Part shown: positions 61,029-64,000 of the stretch, in pieces
Position numbering within the stretch: position 1 is the first letter of the stretch
How the letters are laid out: the number at the start of each line of letters is the position of its first letter
NCBI RefSeq assembly: GCF_964204645.1
Contig: NC_134033.1
Location: forward strand, 10,796,655-10,860,654
Length of the DNA stretch: 64,000 bases
Direction: 5' to 3'
From: Tubulanus polymorphus
Taxonomy: Eukaryota; Animalia; Nemertea
Notes under the pieces: model-generated
The model's input: only the letters and a program-made list of their open reading frames with translations
Database searches by the model: none
Told to the model about the DNA's origin: nothing
Position numbers and translations under genes: made by a program

Positions 61029-64000
61029 ATGATGAAGTGGTTAATTGTTGTGTTCGTGGTTGCATTGGTGCACCAATCAGTCGCTGGTGAGTTTTCAGTT
61101 CCAAAGTTCTGGATTCAGTTCCACAGTTATATATTGATTCCACTTCCACAGATCTAGATGAATGTGGAATTCCCCCTGGATCCAGATCCACGGTTCTGGA
61201 CTGTGGAACTGGATCCTGGAATGATTCCACAGTCGTGCCTTCAGTCCGAAAGTTGTCTTCGTTTGATTAAGGGAGTACTTTAAAATATTTGAACCAAACG
61301 CTTGAGGTTTTTATGAATTATCGAAATTTGTTCTGTCTTTGTGTAGAGTATTTCGAATGCGACAAACAACTAACACAACACAGCGCCACCATCGACTCGC
61401 ATAGAAACTACGGCTCGGTAAATTTACCAATCGTCGACTGTCGCTGGATCCTCGTAGTACCGAGCGGATATGACGTCATCATCGAAACGGAAGAATTCGA
61501 TATACCGAAACAATATCCATCTTACAGGTAAGTTACGCAGTCACGTGACCGCCCGCTTCTGGGATATTGAGGGCCACTTTTAAAACTATATCATCAACAA
61601 ACCGTGGTGAATTTAGTTAACAATACGGCATATCGACAAATTTTAGTTCCGCTATTATTCGTTTGATGGCACTTGTCAGAACCGGAAATTGAAACCTGAA
61701 TCCGCCATGTTTTAGTTCATCTGAAACAAAAAATCTCTCGCTTCAAGCGTTATTTGACTAACTAAACCTCGTCACGCATAACCCTTTATATATTTAATAC
61801 GATAAAATTCCCAAAGACTACAAAATCATTATATATTTACTGCTTTGATTTCAGGTTTAACACGACTCATTTACCAATCTCTATTATCATTGATATGAAT
61901 ATAATTGATATTTCTGTTTCAGTTGTCAGTCTAACGATGGATTGCGTCTGATATCTCTAATGAATTCTAATTCCTGGTCCCGATATACGTATTTCTGTGG
62001 AGATAAAGGACCGGCAATGCGCATTAAAGACGTTCATTTAGTTTATCTGATGGTAGTAAACAATCACTCGAACGCGAAGGGTTTCCGTATTAAATACCGA
62101 TTTGTAGGACCGGACGCGAGTAAGTGAAATATGATATCTTTACTTACTCGGTTCAATGGTATCATCTCTATTGTGATATCTTTCAATGAAATTGCCAAAA
62201 ATCAATCCGATTTTTAGGATGTTAGAAAATGGAATTAGTTTAAAAAGCTGAATGAAAATCAATTTATTTATGCATTAAACGAGTGATAAACATGAAACAC
62301 GAACAACTTATTCGAGCAAATTTTAAATATGTTTTAAACTAATATCCATTGATTATTTGCCTTAGCTACAACTCGTGCCCCGATAACGAACGGACCGAGT
62401 ATTCCCTGGGACGGTGAATGCGGCGTACAGAAGATCAAACCGATTCTAGGAAATGGTTTAGACGGATTCCGTATTGTCGGTGGTCGGGAAGCTCGTCCGG
62501 GTAGTTGGCCTTGGATGGTTCGTATGTATGGAGTAGGTTGTGGAGGAACTCTCATTCATCCTCAATGGGTAGTGACCGCTGCTCATTGTATCGGCATGTA
62601 AGTTTCAGCTCTAGGGGGTAGAGCGGAGAGTGTGAGCGGGTCAGAGAGGGAGGGGAGAGCTAGAGAGAGTGCGGGGAGAGAGAAGGGGCCGAGAGTGGGG
62701 GGAGAGAGAGAGGGGAGAGAAAGCGCAGGGAGAGAGAAGGGAATGGAGAGAGTAGAGGCTATGAAGGGGAGAGATGGTATTTTCATACTAAGAATTCTTG
62801 CCGCTTATGATTCTTGATACAAAGATTTTTCAACAACTTTAAAAAATTCTAATAACAAACTGTTTAGAAGAGATAAATACACGCTTAAAGAATCAATCTT
62901 GAAATAAAGAGTCGTTTGTTGATCGCTGATGTTTGTATATATATTTCAGCGGCGCTGACCCGAGACGTTATCAAGTCGCTTTAGGTATGCATACACGCAG
63001 AGAATCAGACAGACAAGTGATACAAGTGGAGAAAGTCTTCGCTCATGAACTTTACGACAAAAGTCGAACGAATCGAGACATCACTTTATTGAAACTGGAA
63101 CGGCCGGTGAAACTGACTGATCGAGTTTGGCCTGCTTGTTTACCATCGTCGGACGTGTACGACGGGCAGAAATGTTACGCTACCGGCTGGGGTGCTACGA
63201 AAGGTAAATGACAAGATTAAAATCCACAAGATTAAGCAAACGAAATTTACAAAAATCTAAAATTACAATACACGACGTTTTGGACTCAACATCAATAACT
63301 TCAGTTGAATATCAAACTGTATTTGATGAAAGCTGAATGAATTACTCAATACATTTTGCTGAATGTCAATTTTTTATCAATAGCAATGATTTGAACTGAT
63401 TTGATTTTTATGTTTTGTGAATTTCTAGGAACGAGTAATCACGGTAACTTGAAACAGGCTTTATTACCAGTTATAGCCAGAGATAGATGCAACAGGTACA
63501 ACTACGGACGTGTTACTGAGTATATGATATGTGGAGGTTATGTAGCTGGAGGTCACGATTCCTGTCAGGTGAGTGAAGCTGGTGCTGCTCTATTTTTGAC
63601 GCCGTAAAACACAATGATAATCCATTTAATACAATAGTAACTACTATGCATTTTCTGAGGTGAAGTGTGTCCGTCGGTGTGCCGACATTAATATTGAGGT
63701 CGAAAAATATGCATACATATTTTGGCGTTTATTTTCTAATTAATCAAATTTCATGACTCATTTTCTATTTAATAAATTCTCATATATTTCCAGGAATGAA
63801 TTTTGGTTGAAATTATATTTTGTGTTATATTTATATATGTCATTTTACAAGGCGTCCAATAAATTCGAAAATTAGTTCCCTTGTTTTTAACCGATTTTAG
63901 CAGACGATCACGTAGTTTTTCGTGTTAATGATTTTGTAGGGTGATAGCGGCGGACCATACGTGTGCGAAGTGAACGGACGCTATGAACTGAAGGGGGTCG
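61029..64000 (+). CDS. Secreted CUB-domain trypsin-like serine protease (S1A), 3'-truncated by window end
   Basis: Exons: 61029-61086 (signal peptide [19 protein letters not shown]), 61347-61527 and 61923-62119 (CUB: CRW, FCG, GFRIKY), 62366-62597 (CG...R|IVGG, WPWMV, CGGTLI, TAAHC), 62950-63203 (DITLLKL, PACLP, TGWG), 63429-63568 (MICGG, DSCQ) and 63940 onward (GDSGGP). The triad is intact and Asp at the S1 pocket indicates trypsin-like specificity. Confidence 0.92.

Overview
This is AT-rich, intron-rich animal genomic DNA, probably a marine invertebrate of spiralian type (taxon is inference). Positions 1149-37951 hold the 3' part of unc-80, the NALCN sodium-leak-channel subunit: 32 phase-consistent GT-AG exons on +, about 1840 aa. 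It appears to have two alternative C-termini (...KTVF and ...DTCV). One unc-80 intron holds an intact, intronless, same-strand rhodopsin-like GPCR plus two decayed partial copies. Downstream of unc-80 are four further units. (1) A six-exon minus-strand gene that the ORF track largely misses; it encodes a secreted astacin-like protein lacking all three zinc-binding histidines and the catalytic glutamate, and is the best candidate for novelty. (2) A convergent (inverted) pair of FMRFamide-receptor-like GPCRs, one frameshifted. (3) A two-exon orphan secreted prepro-protein. (4) A secreted CUB + trypsin-like serine protease that runs off the window. Non-coding DNA is full of MITEs (TTAA, TAA, TA, 5-bp and 6-bp target duplications), Helentron-like elements, LINE/SINE tails and minisatellites. 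All gene models were built by hand from splice signals and reading phase, with no database searches.
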